NCBI GenBank assembly: GCA_963555755.3
Contig: OY820905.2
Span: 1,504,001 to 1,568,000, forward strand
Direction: 5' to 3'
Length of the DNA stretch: 64,000 bases
DNA from: Nitrospirales bacterium
GTDB taxonomy: Bacteria; Nitrospirota; Nitrospiria; Nitrospirales; UBA8639
Part shown: piece by piece, positions 21,110-31,449 of the stretch
Layout: every line of letters starts with the position of its first letter
How positions within the stretch are numbered: the stretch's first letter is position 1
Translations under genes and position numbers: made by a program
The notes under the pieces: generated by a model
The model's database searches: none
Told to the model about the DNA's origin: nothing
What the model saw: the letters and a program-made list of their open reading frames with translations, nothing else

Positions 21110-22320
21110 GAAATCTCCCATCGCCCCCCCTTTGCCAAAGAGGGGAAAGGCAAACAACAAGTGGAAGAACTTCAACCGCTCCAAGGAAGACTCCTATGGG
21201 CCCTTCCTATTCCCCCTTTGGAAAAGGGGGACACAGGGGGATTTAATCAAATCAATTCCCTAGAATGAGAGCCATCGATTTCAATGACTAGTTTTGCCCT
21301 TGATGCGTAAAAATCTACAATGTACTGACCAAGGCATTTTTGATGGTATAAAAATACTATCTAGAAAATCTCCCCCACCCCTCTTTTCCAAAGAGGGGAA
21401 AGTCGAACCCTAGGTGAGAGAAAGGCAAACAACAAGTGGAAGAACTTCAACCGCTCCAAGGAAGACTCCTATGGGCCCTTCCTATTCCCCCTTTGGAAAA
21501 GGGGGACACAGGGGGATTTATCAAATCAATTCCCTAGAATGAGAGCCATCGATTTCAATGACTAGTTTTGCCCTTGATGCGTAAAAATCTACAATGTACT
21601 GACCAAGGCATTTTTGATGGTATAAAAATACTATCTAGAAAATCTCCCCCACCCCTCTTTTCCAAAGAGGGAAAAGTCGAACCCTAGGTGAGGGAAAGGC
21701 AAACAACAAGTGGAAGAACTTGAACCGCTCCAAGGAAGACTCCTATGGGCCCTTCCTATTCCCCCTTTGGAAAAGGGGGACACAGGGGGATTTAATCAAA
21801 TCAATTCCCTAGAATGAGAGCCATCGATTTCAATGACTAGTTTTGCCCTTGATGCGTAAAAATCTACAATGTACTGACCAAGGCATTTTTGATGGTATAA
21901 AAATACTATCTAGAAAATCTCCCCCACCCCTCTTTTCCAAAGAGGGGAAAGTCGAACCCTAGGTGAGAGAAAGGCAAACAACAAGTGGAAGAACTTGAAC
22001 CGCTCCAAGGAAGACTCCTATGGGCCCTTCCTATTGGCCCTTTGGAAAAGGGGAACACAGGGGGATTTATCAAATCAATTCCCTAAAAGCTGAAGAAACC
22101 CGTACTGACCAAGGCATTTTTGATGGTATAAAAATACTATCTAGAAAATCTCCCCCACCCCTCTTTTCCAAAGAGGGAAAAGTCGAACAGTAGGTGAGAG
22201 AACGACAATTTCCACCTATCCCGAGCCCCCCCCATGATCCATCCTATTCCCCCTTTGGAAAAGGGGGACACAGGGGGATTTTTCAATAAAGAACAATTCC
22301 ATTACCCCTTCTTTCCAAAG
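21110..22320. repeat. Tandem array of ~275-bp units, each with an inverted pair of REP-like hairpins
   Basis: aaaggcaaacaacaagtgg starts at 21146, 21421, 21695 and 21970. The 4th unit is internally deleted. Hairpins ccccctttggaaaaggggg and cccctcttttccaaagagggg. Confidence 0.92.
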
Positions 22321-22337
22321 AGAAGACTTGGCATATT

Positions 22338-23474
22338 TTAGCGAGACCGTTTCTTTGAAAACGTTGGCACCACCAACCGATCACCCTCCTCTAACCCTTG
22401 CGTGATCACCGCTTGAGTCGGCGTCCGGAATGCCACGCGCACTTTCCGGCGCACTTGGTCAGAGCCTTCCTGCACATAGACCACATCGTCGCCTTGTTCC
22501 GATTGCAATATTTCCAGCGGCACAACAATCACGTCGGTTAAATCTTCCGTCAAAATATCCACATTCGCCGTCATCATCGGCCGCAAACTGAGATCCGTGT
22601 TATCGATTTCGATTGTCACCTCATAGGTCACGATACTCTCTTCCTTTTCTCCTTGAGGAGCAATGGCCGTCACCACCCCTTCAAACTCCGCACCGGGAAT
22701 CGCATCGAGTCGAATCATCACGGGTTGCCCCGTCCGAACCCGATGAATACTCACCTCATTGATTTTTGCTTGAGCCACCATTCGTCGAAGGTCGGCTAAT
22801 TTCATCAACACCGTCCCCCCACCGACCGTGGCCGTGCCTGAGGTAATAATTTCACCAGGCTGCACACCAATATCGATAATCGTTCCATCTGAAGACGACA
22901 ACACACGGAATGCTTCAAGCCCTGTTTCAGTCGGATCTTGAGAAATGTATCGCTGAAATAACTCTTGATTCCCACCCAAAGCCAGCAATAATTCCTTTTC
23001 CGCCAATTCCCGCCGAACCATGGCCTGTTGGGCTTCTTGCTCGGCAGACTCCAATTCTTGGCGAGCGATAAACCCTTTGGCATGCAACCCGTCCATGCGC
23101 ACAAAATTACGCCGCGCCTGAGCCACGTTAAAGCCCTCTTGCTCCAACTTGGCTCGCAGTTGCGCCACCTGCCGCGCCTGACTGGGCTCCTGGCGAATCA
23201 CCATCAATGGTTGATCCCGAACAACCTGTTCCCCTTCACGAACAAAAACCTCCAACACCTCGCCCGAAAACTGCGACTTTATATCCAAGGTCCGAATCGG
23301 CACCAAAGTCCCGGTCTCCGACACTCGCGTGTGAAGCGTACTCCGCTCCACCACAATGACCCTCGGCTCTTCCTTCTCCTGGCTCTCCTGAGCCAAAGGC
23401 ATCGGAAAAAACCAGTACACACCGGCGCCAATGGCACCAACCGCCAAAACAAGAACAATCCATCCACGCTTCAT
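22338..23474 (-). CDS. Efflux periplasmic adaptor (MacA-like MFP)
   Basis: N-terminal TM, lipoyl-like IKSQFSGEV..V.V.EGEQV, LRPMMTANVDI, GLEEGD. Confidence 0.9.
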   Translation of the reverse strand: MKRGWIVLVLAVGAIGAGVYWFFPMPLAQESQEKEEPRVIVVERSTLHTRVSETGTLVPIRTLDIKSQFSGEVLEVFVREGEQVVRDQPLMVIRQEPSQARQVAQLRAKLEQEGFNVAQARRNFVRMDGLHAKGFIARQELESAEQEAQQAMVRRELAEKELLLALGGNQELFQRYISQDPTETGLEAFRVLSSSDGTIIDIGVQPGEIITSGTATVGGGTVLMKLADLRRMVAQAKINEVSIHRVRTGQPVMIRLDAIPGAEFEGVVTAIAPQGEKEESIVTYEVTIEIDNTDLSLRPMMTANVDILTEDLTDVIVVPLEILQSEQGDDVVYVQEGSDQVRRKVRVAFRTPTQAVITQGLEEGDRLVVPTFSKKRSR

Positions 23475-23950
23475 ACTGGGGATTCTATCAGAAAATTATG
23501 AATTTTGGTGTGGTGATGAAAAGAGGTGCGGATCACACTAGATGCAGTCCGTTCGCACTGAGCCTCCTCCGCCCAATCTCCTTCCCCGAGAGTGGCTACG
23601 AAGGCCGGGAGTACTTCTGCCCCCAAACGTTCAGGCGAGTGAGATGCTACGTCTACAGAGCAGATAGTTGAAAAAGATGCGTTTATTCATGGGGTGAGGC
23701 TCCTGGCATCCAGGAGTTTTTCTATCAGATTTCTCCCTGCGGTCGAAATGACAATGGGGGGGCGAATTAACAAAGGAGGGGAGGGATGAATAAGAAGGAA
23801 AATGTAAAAAGGAATGGGGAATGGCAGAGAAGGAAACACTATGATTGGAAAATCCCCCTAACCCCCTTTTCCAAAGGGGGACCCTTCGACCTGACTCAAG
23901 GGCAGACCTTAATGGTTAACCCGTCGCGGAGCACCTGAAAATAACGAGGT

Positions 23951-25531
23951 TTATTCTAGAGAGATATGGTACCGGTCGAGAGTCGAGGCTGTCCTGCGGT
24001 GGAGGTTGGCGAGGGATTGGTTGTAATCGAGGATGGCGCGGAGTTCTTTGACACGTGCGAGGGCTTCATCGCGTTGGAAGTCGAGCACTTGCCGGGTGGT
24101 GCTGAGACCGAAGTTCAGGCGTTCTTGTTCGGCGGCTCGTTGGCGATTGGCGAGTTTGCGGGCGATTCGGGTGGTGGCCATTCGTTTGAAATCTGTTTGC
24201 ACACGACGAACGGCTTCTTTGGTATCCACGATGACTTGACGGCGAACGTTTTGTAATGTGTTTTTTGCCTGCGTGGTTTCAAGCTGTCTGCGGCGGTACT
24301 GACTTTTGGCGGACCGATTGCCTAACGGATAACTCAAAACCATCCCCGCGCCCACGTTGTAAAAATCCGTGCTCGCGGTTCGCTCTAACGTATCGCTGGC
24401 GTCTTTGCCTAGCCCGCTGAGTCCCACGCTTCCTTGAAATTCTAAACGCGGCAGCAATTTGTTTTTGGCTAATTTAGTGTTGAGATGGCTTGATTCAATA
24501 TTTTTTTGAGCTTGAAGCACTTCGGGCCGATGCTGCAACGCGGCATCCACGGCACTGTTCACCGTGGTGGAATCATGCTCTTGCACCGGACGATCCAAGG
24601 GAATCATGACTAGGGTTTTTCGCAATTCCTTTTCTGTTGGACTAGTTAATTGCCGAAGTTGGTCTTCATGATCGCGCGTTGTTTTTTGGGCCACGAGGAT
24701 TTGTTCGACCCGATTGGCCACACCAACTTGTGCCTGCAACACCTCGACTTCAGCCATGACCCCCGCTTCAACTTTGGCCCGATTGCTGGCTAACACTTCT
24801 TTGGCCGCAGTCAACGCTGCTCGAAAGACTTCTTCGTTTTCTCGCGAAAACACCAACTCCCAATAGGATTCTTCGACTTGAACAATGACATCCAGCACTT
24901 GATTCACAAACGTGTAATGTTCGACTTGCACGGCATTTTGCGCGATGTGAATGGCGGCTTGATTCACCGTCACTCCATAGTCGCGAAGCAACGGCTGCGT
25001 GAAATTGACCAGGAAGTTGGCGGTGTAACTGGGATTGAATAAAAACGATGAGGGGCCCGCGACGGAGTTGCGATCCGTATCCAAGGTCATATCATAGGTG
25101 CCGCCAGAGTACAGTTTCTGCGTGATGCCAAGACTCACCTTCGTATCATTTTGATCGAAATTATCCGGTTCCCCACCTTGGGTGACACCCCCGAATCCGA
25201 ACACTGGCCGGTTTAATGGCACAACCGATCGATCATACCGAGCGGACATCTCTACCGTGGGATCAAACTTGGCTTGTTCGAACAGAATATCCGTCACCCG
25301 AACGTCACGGGTCTGTTTGCTCACAATGATATCCAAATTGTGTTTCAGTGCTTGGAGGACAACTTCGTTGAGCGAAATCGTCACCACGGATTCGTCATCC
25401 AGGAGACTTTCGACATTGAAAGAGGGCATGGCATCTGGCCCGGCTGATGCGGCCAAGGTCGGACTGACAGCTATTGTGAACAACAACAGCAGCATCCCAG
25501 TGTGGCGAAACATTGGCTTAGGATTTTTCAT
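23951..25531 (-). CDS. TolC family outer membrane efflux protein
   Basis: Signal peptide, ALKHNLDI, AL..RPEV, LLPRL, OEP-like coiled repeats; upstream of the MFP/ABC genes. Confidence 0.88.
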   Translation of the reverse strand: MKNPKPMFRHTGMLLLLFTIAVSPTLAASAGPDAMPSFNVESLLDDESVVTISLNEVVLQALKHNLDIIVSKQTRDVRVTDILFEQAKFDPTVEMSARYDRSVVPLNRPVFGFGGVTQGGEPDNFDQNDTKVSLGITQKLYSGGTYDMTLDTDRNSVAGPSSFLFNPSYTANFLVNFTQPLLRDYGVTVNQAAIHIAQNAVQVEHYTFVNQVLDVIVQVEESYWELVFSRENEEVFRAALTAAKEVLASNRAKVEAGVMAEVEVLQAQVGVANRVEQILVAQKTTRDHEDQLRQLTSPTEKELRKTLVMIPLDRPVQEHDSTTVNSAVDAALQHRPEVLQAQKNIESSHLNTKLAKNKLLPRLEFQGSVGLSGLGKDASDTLERTASTDFYNVGAGMVLSYPLGNRSAKSQYRRRQLETTQAKNTLQNVRRQVIVDTKEAVRRVQTDFKRMATTRIARKLANRQRAAEQERLNFGLSTTRQVLDFQRDEALARVKELRAILDYNQSLANLHRRTASTLDRYHISLE

Positions 25532-25787
25532 CTTAGGAGTTTCTTGACTCTTCCGATCAGTTTGACGACGGCCTCAGTCGATAATACATTCGGTAACCAG
25601 CGGTTTGAGGTTATCAAAGGTCATGCACTTAGGCAATTAAAATCTGCTGGTTTTTCCTAACGTATTTGCTATCTGGACGCGTCATCTGGCTGTTGGTCAC
25701 GACCTCCAAACACCTCGTGTCCACCTTGCAGGGACTGCTCTTTTCTTCGTATCATCCAAACAAGAATATTTTGATAGGCTTAATTTT

Positions 25788-26639
25788 ATGGAGTCTTTTA
25801 TGCAATGTTTTCTTTTCCCTGCTTCTGATTGTACACGGTTTTCTCATCGATTCTCGGCTTCTCGATTTTTTACGTATTCGAGGTTCAGCACCTTCTTGTT
25901 CATAACAACCCTAATTCCCGCAATCTTTATCGGAATGAACTCAAGTGCCTCTGCAGAGGAAAATGGTGAGCTCAAGGAACTCCCTCGAGCAGTCTTGAAA
26001 CACACTCCTCCGCTATTCAAGGAATGGACGTTTGAAAAACATGAACCTGCTATATTCCCTCCTGGGTTTGTTTCGAAAACTTTGGGAGATGCCCCCCCTG
26101 GGTCCTGGGAAATTGTCACACAGGAGAACGCTCCAAGCCGAACTCATGCCCTACTCCAGTCGGCCCGTTGTTCACATTCTCCGTGTTTTCAACTTTTGAT
26201 CTCTGAAAATATCCGCATGGAATACGGAGATTTCTCGGTAAGAATTTTATCGGAGTTTGGGACCCAGAATTCTGGCGCAGGCTTAGTTTTTGGGGCTCAA
26301 GATGTTCAAAACTTTTATGCGGTCCTGATCTATCCATTCACAAACATGGTGAAAGCCTTTCGAGTTCTCAAGGGACAACCGACCCTTATCGATGAGCACG
26401 TCGTGGTTCCTCAACAAACGTTATGGCACTTTCTCAGAATCCAACGCAACACAATCATGAGCAAAGAGTTGATCGAAATCTTCTTCGATAATCACATAAT
26501 TCTTTCCCTTTCAGATCAAAGCTTAGGAACCGGGTATATTGGCCTTGCCACTACCGGCGATGGCGTGTTCGCTTTTGATAATTTTCGGGTAGTAGAACTA
26601 TTGACCAGCAGACCGCTTTCAAGACCGCCAGCCTATTAG
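25788..26639 (+). CDS. Exported hypothetical protein, possible concanavalin/LamG-like (DUF1080-type) fold
   Basis: GAGLVF..QD..NFY, WH.LRI, GYIGL...FDNF. True start probably further downstream. Confidence 0.55.
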   Translation: MESFMQCFLFPASDCTRFSHRFSASRFFTYSRFSTFLFITTLIPAIFIGMNSSASAEENGELKELPRAVLKHTPPLFKEWTFEKHEPAIFPPGFVSKTLGDAPPGSWEIVTQENAPSRTHALLQSARCSHSPCFQLLISENIRMEYGDFSVRILSEFGTQNSGAGLVFGAQDVQNFYAVLIYPFTNMVKAFRVLKGQPTLIDEHVVVPQQTLWHFLRIQRNTIMSKELIEIFFDNHIILSLSDQSLGTGYIGLATTGDGVFAFDNFRVVELLTSRPLSRPPAY

Positions 26640-26651
26640 GTGCGGGAGTAG

Positions 26652-26736
26652 GCGTAATGCGTGAAGCGTAATGCGTGATCCGTAACAGCTCTTATTTTTT
26701 TTCGCCTCACGCATTTCGCTTCACGCATCACGCTTG
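26652..26736. repeat. Heptamer (GCGTGAN-like) inverted repeat cluster between convergent genes
   Basis: gcgtaatgcgtgaagcgtaatgcgtga ... tcacgcatttcgcttcacgcatcacgc. Similar clusters at 35509-35584 and 36458-36476. Confidence 0.6.
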
Positions 26737-26739
26737 ATG

Positions 26740-27279
26740 TTAGCCCCCTTCTAGAAGATCTAACAGCTTAGCTGGATTATCGGAGGTAAGGATTAGGTTT
26801 CGATTTTCTGGAGTCACAAATCCTTCTTGCACTTGATGGTCAATAAACGTCAACAGGCCATCGAAAAACCCATCCACTGTTAACAAGCCACTGGGTTTCT
26901 GGTGAATGCGGAGTTGCCGCCAGGTTATCATTTCACAAAACTCTTCCAGAGTGCCATACCCGCCAGGCAACGCCACAAACGCATCCGATAAATCAGCCAT
27001 GAGGGCCTTGCGTTCATGCATCGATCCCACGACGTGTAGCTCGGATAGATCCTGACGGGCAAACCCATGTTCCACCATAAAGTCAGGAATGACTCCTTGC
27101 ACGTCACCGCCCCCCGCTAGCACCGTTTCAGCCACCACGGTCATCAATCCGATGTTTCCCCCACCATAGACCAATCCCATGTTACGGCGGACCAGTTCTT
27201 CTCCCATAGCCTTGGCAGCTTCTTTATACCGGGGCTTGAGACCGTTGCTCGATCCACAAAAGACACAGACGCGTTTCAC
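26740..27279 (-). CDS. LOG family protein (TIGR00730)
   Basis: VCVFCGSS, LVYGGG..GLM, MHERK, PGGYGTLEE. Confidence 0.92.
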   Translation of the reverse strand: MKRVCVFCGSSNGLKPRYKEAAKAMGEELVRRNMGLVYGGGNIGLMTVVAETVLAGGGDVQGVIPDFMVEHGFARQDLSELHVVGSMHERKALMADLSDAFVALPGGYGTLEEFCEMITWRQLRIHQKPSGLLTVDGFFDGLLTFIDHQVQEGFVTPENRNLILTSDNPAKLLDLLEGG

Positions 27280-27318
27280 AGGATTACTTTCTTTTGGGGG
27301 CAGATGAACAATGAAGAA

Positions 27319-28212
27319 TTAAGACGTACTGTCTAAGGAGACTTTCAGGAGTGAATAGGGATCGATGCGGGAACCGTTTAATCGAACACCCCAATGCAGA
27401 TGCGGGCCGGTGGCTCGGCCAGTCGCGCCGACTTTCCCAATGGGTTGCCCTTTCTCAACCAGTTGTCCTTGAGTCACATCGACGGCAGACAAATGGAAAT
27501 ACATGGAGAAGAGACCAAGACCGTGATCGAGAATGACGCCTTTCCCGGTAAAAAAATGATCCATGGTTAAGCGAACCATACCGGTATTCATGGCCACCAC
27601 TGGCGTACCTTTCGGCGCGGCGATGTCTTCCCCGCTATGTGGCCTTTTGTGTTGCCCGTTAATGACTCGTCGACTGCCAAACCTACCTGAGACCCGTCCT
27701 TGAACCGGTTCGATAAACTGGCTATCCCACAGCGGCTCCGGCAGGACAGTTTCAAACGCTTGGTGAAGAAGCTTTGATTCCTTTCTGACTCGGGCCAAGG
27801 TCTTACTGTCGAGATCAACCATCTTCTTGGGCAGCTTCAAATGCTGGACCCTGAAATCTTCCTTCATGAGCAAGACCGTGACGCGATGTTGTTCCTTGCG
27901 ATCGGGATACTCCACCTGAATCATCAATTTATGGTGGCCGGGCTTGTCTTGCATATCCAGCCCCAATAAACCCGCATACACACCCTCACCAACTGGAAAA
28001 AATACAATTTCCCGATTCAAGAGATGACCGACGACCCGACCAGGATCACCTTGTACTGGAACCGTAACCACAAGGACTTCACCTTGCTTGCCACTCACTT
28101 GATCATACGTTCCAGCCGGAAGATCTTGGGTATGAGGGAAAAGGTTGAGCGGAAATATACTCGCAAGCAGGATGGCAAACACCAAGAACGTTCGGCTTGT
28201 GAGACGCGTCAT
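27319..28212 (-). CDS. M23 family metallopeptidase
   Basis: HSGEDIA (HxxxD), YFHLS, GRATGPHLHW. The upstream ORF extension is MITE-derived. Confidence 0.88.
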   Translation of the reverse strand: MTRLTSRTFLVFAILLASIFPLNLFPHTQDLPAGTYDQVSGKQGEVLVVTVPVQGDPGRVVGHLLNREIVFFPVGEGVYAGLLGLDMQDKPGHHKLMIQVEYPDRKEQHRVTVLLMKEDFRVQHLKLPKKMVDLDSKTLARVRKESKLLHQAFETVLPEPLWDSQFIEPVQGRVSGRFGSRRVINGQHKRPHSGEDIAAPKGTPVVAMNTGMVRLTMDHFFTGKGVILDHGLGLFSMYFHLSAVDVTQGQLVEKGQPIGKVGATGRATGPHLHWGVRLNGSRIDPYSLLKVSLDSTS

Positions 28213-28246
28213 ATGAGGGAGATTGAGAAAGAGAAAATCGCGGTTA

Positions 28247-28424
28247 GGACCTGAGAGAAAATAACTTGGACATATCGCGCCAAGATTTGGGTCGGATTTG
28301 GACGGAACGATTGAGAAACACCCGAGGCATAGCACAGCTATGTTGAGGGTGTTTCGATTGAGGCCCGTTCAAAGACGGCCCGAAGATTGGATGCGAGATG
28401 TCCAAGTTATTTTCTCTCAGGTCC
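28247..28424. mobile_element. MITE family E (GGACCTGAGAGAAAATAACTTGGACAT TIR), TTA target duplication
   Basis: Perfect 27-bp TIR. TTA at 28244-28246 and 28425-28427; the latter is the pafA stop codon. Confidence 0.85.
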
Positions 28425-29810
28425 TTAGGGATACAGACGAGCCGTCGGCACCTGTGCTAATAATTCATCGACTCGTCGATTAGACGATGTAAATGGATCC
28501 ATGCACAGAATGGTCTCTTCCCAGTATCCATTCAGTTTCAAATAGGTCCAATCCACAGTATACGAACGATTCTTCGCTCGTGCAAATCGAATGAAGTCTC
28601 CACGCACCTTGGCTCTGGTTGATTGCGGAGGAACCGTCATGGCCCGTTCAATGGCTTGTTCATCAATAATTTTAGCCACCTTCCCATGCGATTCCAGGAC
28701 GTAATACAAGCCCCGTTTCCGATTCACGTCATGGTATTGTAAATCCATCATCGCAATGCGCGGATCCTCCCACCCACAATGTTTCCGGTCGATGTACGCT
28801 TCCATCAACCACTTTTTGGTAACCCAATCCACTTCTTTCACCAATTGCATCGGGTCATCGTCCAAGGCGTTCAGCACCCGCTCCCATTCTTTCAACACAT
28901 CCGCCATCACCTTATCAAACGGCTGGGTGGGCAAATACTCCTGAGCCCGTTCTAAATACATGCGCTGAATTTCCAAACCAGTCAGCTCCCGTCCATCATC
29001 TAACTTCACGCGTTTCTTTAACGTGGGATCACGGGAAATTTCACGAATAGCTTTCACGGGGTCTTCTAATTCAATGCTGGGAAGGAAAAACCCGTCTTCA
29101 ATCATGGACAGAACCAACGCGGCGGTCCCAACCTTGAGATAAATAGTAAACTCGGACATATTTGAATCGCCCAGAATGATGTGAAGCCGTCGGAAGCGTT
29201 CGGCATCCGCATGAGGTTCATCTCGTGTATTGATGATACTTCGAGACGAGGTCGTCGATGAGGACGTTTTTTCATGGATGTGTTGTGCCCGCTGAGAAAT
29301 AAAATATTGCGGTTTGCCGGAAATCTTGAGAACTTTTCCTGACCCGGAAAAAATCTGGCGGGTCACAAAAAATGGAATAAGCTGCTCCGCCACTTTCCAA
29401 AAATCCACGTCTCGCCGCATGAGGAAATTCTCATGGCATCCATACGTATTCCCCAAGGAATCCGTGTTGTTTTTGAAAAGAAAAATGTCGCCGGAAAGAC
29501 CCTCTTCGCGGAGACGTTCTTCGGCAGCAGGCAGGCATGATTCTAGGATCCGTTCTCCAGCCTTTTCATGGACGAGGAGCTCAAAAATGTCATCACATTC
29601 TGGAGTGGAGTATTCAGGATGACAACCGGTGTCTTGATAAAACCGCGCACCGTTCGTCAAGAACGCATTGGAAGGCCAGCTATTGGGAATGAGCCCCTCA
29701 AAGATATAGCCAAGAATCTTCTCAATAGGCAGATACACTCGCCCATTGGGAGAAAACGTGAGACCATATTCACATTCAAGACCATAAATTCGTTTCATCA
29801 TGGATGACAC
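28425..29810 (-). CDS. pafA: Pup--protein ligase
   Basis: RIYGLECEYG, FLTNGARFY.D.G.HPEYSTPEC, KNNTDS.GNTYGCHENF, RSIINTRDEPHAD, DLQYHD. Confidence 0.92.
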   Translation of the reverse strand: MSSMMKRIYGLECEYGLTFSPNGRVYLPIEKILGYIFEGLIPNSWPSNAFLTNGARFYQDTGCHPEYSTPECDDIFELLVHEKAGERILESCLPAAEERLREEGLSGDIFLFKNNTDSLGNTYGCHENFLMRRDVDFWKVAEQLIPFFVTRQIFSGSGKVLKISGKPQYFISQRAQHIHEKTSSSTTSSRSIINTRDEPHADAERFRRLHIILGDSNMSEFTIYLKVGTAALVLSMIEDGFFLPSIELEDPVKAIREISRDPTLKKRVKLDDGRELTGLEIQRMYLERAQEYLPTQPFDKVMADVLKEWERVLNALDDDPMQLVKEVDWVTKKWLMEAYIDRKHCGWEDPRIAMMDLQYHDVNRKRGLYYVLESHGKVAKIIDEQAIERAMTVPPQSTRAKVRGDFIRFARAKNRSYTVDWTYLKLNGYWEETILCMDPFTSSNRRVDELLAQVPTARLYP

Positions 29811-29882
29811 CTATTAAGGAAGCATACACCTCAGCTTCCATGACCTTCAACTGATTGAACCCAAGCATGACGAAGGATTGTG

Positions 29883-30569
29883 TTAGGAAAGAAGCGAAGA
29901 GAATTCGTCTTGGGAAAGACGTCGGAATTTTCGACCAGGACGAAGGCGGTCGAGTAGCGCAACCTCTAAGCCATCTAAAGCCACATCTTGCTCGGAAACC
30001 GTCTTTAACGCACTCACACAATGTTGCAGCGCTGACTTTAAATCCAGGAACTGATGATCGCCAGCCCCTTTTTGCAAGGCCGCAAGCAACGCTTCTGAAC
30101 GCCCTCCGATTGCCACGAATGAGCGCTCGTGGAAAATCGTGCCATCAAAGGCGATCCGGAAGAGTTCATTCTCACCGGGTTGTTCTCCCACCTGAGCCAA
30201 CAGAATTTCCACTTCAAAGGGTTTCATTTCTTGGCTAAAAATTGTTCCGAGTGTTTGGGAATACCCATTCGCGAGCGATCGTGCCGTGACGTCTTCACGG
30301 CTATACATAAACCCTTTTAAGTCCGCATGTTGAATGCCGGCTTTCCGCAAATGTTCAAATTCACTATATTTTCCTGCTCCGGAAAACGCGATGTTGTCAT
30401 AAATTTCCGAGACTTTGAATAACGACGTGCTGGGATTATCGGCCACAAACAGCACCCCATCTTGGTATTCCATGGCAATAACCGAACGGCCTTTGGCAAT
30501 ACCCTTCTTGGCATACTCAGCTTTATCCTGCATGAGTTGTTCGGGAGAAACATAGTAGGGCATTGACAT
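29883..30569 (-). CDS. prcA: 20S proteasome alpha subunit
   Basis: MPYYVSPEQLMQDKAEYAKKGIAKGRS, KVSEIYD, LEVALLDR. Confidence 0.93.
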   Translation of the reverse strand: MSMPYYVSPEQLMQDKAEYAKKGIAKGRSVIAMEYQDGVLFVADNPSTSLFKVSEIYDNIAFSGAGKYSEFEHLRKAGIQHADLKGFMYSREDVTARSLANGYSQTLGTIFSQEMKPFEVEILLAQVGEQPGENELFRIAFDGTIFHERSFVAIGGRSEALLAALQKGAGDHQFLDLKSALQHCVSALKTVSEQDVALDGLEVALLDRLRPGRKFRRLSQDEFSSLLS

Positions 30570-30571
30570 GA

Positions 30572-31408
30572 TTAATCCTGCGTAACTCTGGCCCGAGCCA
30601 ATTCGTCGCACATGGAAGCAATCCGAGGTTCTTCGACATCTCGGACACCGTCCAGGTCAATGAGTTTCATGGTTGGAAAAATCCGGCGTAAGATATCGGG
30701 GCCACCGGTCCCCACATCTTCTTCCGCAGCGCTGAACAGGGCTTGCAGCGCAAGCCGAATCGCTTCCTCCTCAGGGAGATTCCGTCGATACCGTTCTTTA
30801 ATTGTGACTTTGGCGTCTTTTCCACCAGACCCAATGGAATGATAATCAGTCTCTTCGTATCGTCCACCCGTGACATCGTATTTAAAAATTCGACCCTGCC
30901 CGAGTTTCGAATCAAAGCCGACAAACAACGGGATAACCACGAGGCCTTGCATGACCATCGGCAAGTTGGCCTTGACCATCTGGCCTAATCGATTGGCTTT
31001 TCCCACACAGGACAACTGCACCCCGTCGATTTTTTCGTAATGTTCTAATTCAACACTGAACAGCTTGGCCATTTCGATGCAGGGTCCGGCTGCGCCAGCA
31101 ATCGCCATCGCGGAATGGCTATCAGTTTTAAACACTTTCTCCATGGTACGGGCGGCAAGTTGATACCCTTCCGTTGCTCGCCGATCACCGGCAATCAATA
31201 CACCGTGATCATATTTGATCCCCAGAACAGTGGTACCATGCGTAACCGAGGCAAAATACGCACCCTGAACGTCTTCCGCAGATACCGGAGCCGGCAACGA
31301 CCCACCCCAGCGAGCTGCTGGAGTTAATTCCGGTCGAGTTTGCAACAGGTAGTCAAAAAAACTCGAACACTGTACATGTGGTGACTGCAATGATTTCATC
31401 CATTCCAT
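30572..31408 (-). CDS. prcB: 20S proteasome beta subunit with propeptide
   Basis: THG|TT autocleavage site, AGDRRAT, ELEHYEKIDG, GSG, D..TGGPD. Confidence 0.93.
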   Translation of the reverse strand: MEWMKSLQSPHVQCSSFFDYLLQTRPELTPAARWGGSLPAPVSAEDVQGAYFASVTHGTTVLGIKYDHGVLIAGDRRATEGYQLAARTMEKVFKTDSHSAMAIAGAAGPCIEMAKLFSVELEHYEKIDGVQLSCVGKANRLGQMVKANLPMVMQGLVVIPLFVGFDSKLGQGRIFKYDVTGGRYEETDYHSIGSGGKDAKVTIKERYRRNLPEEEAIRLALQALFSAAEEDVGTGGPDILRRIFPTMKLIDLDGVRDVEEPRIASMCDELARARVTQD

Positions 31409-31449
31409 AACAAAAACACTCAACAAGAATATAATTATCGATTGAGAAG

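Noticed and set aside
21110..22320. CRISPR array
   Set aside because: Whole ~275-bp units are repeated with near-identical spacers, and there are no cas genes in the window.
29776..30021. Small ORF between prcA and pafA as a candidate Pup
   Set aside because: It overlaps both genes, lacks the GGE/GGQ terminus and lacks Pup-like acidic composition.
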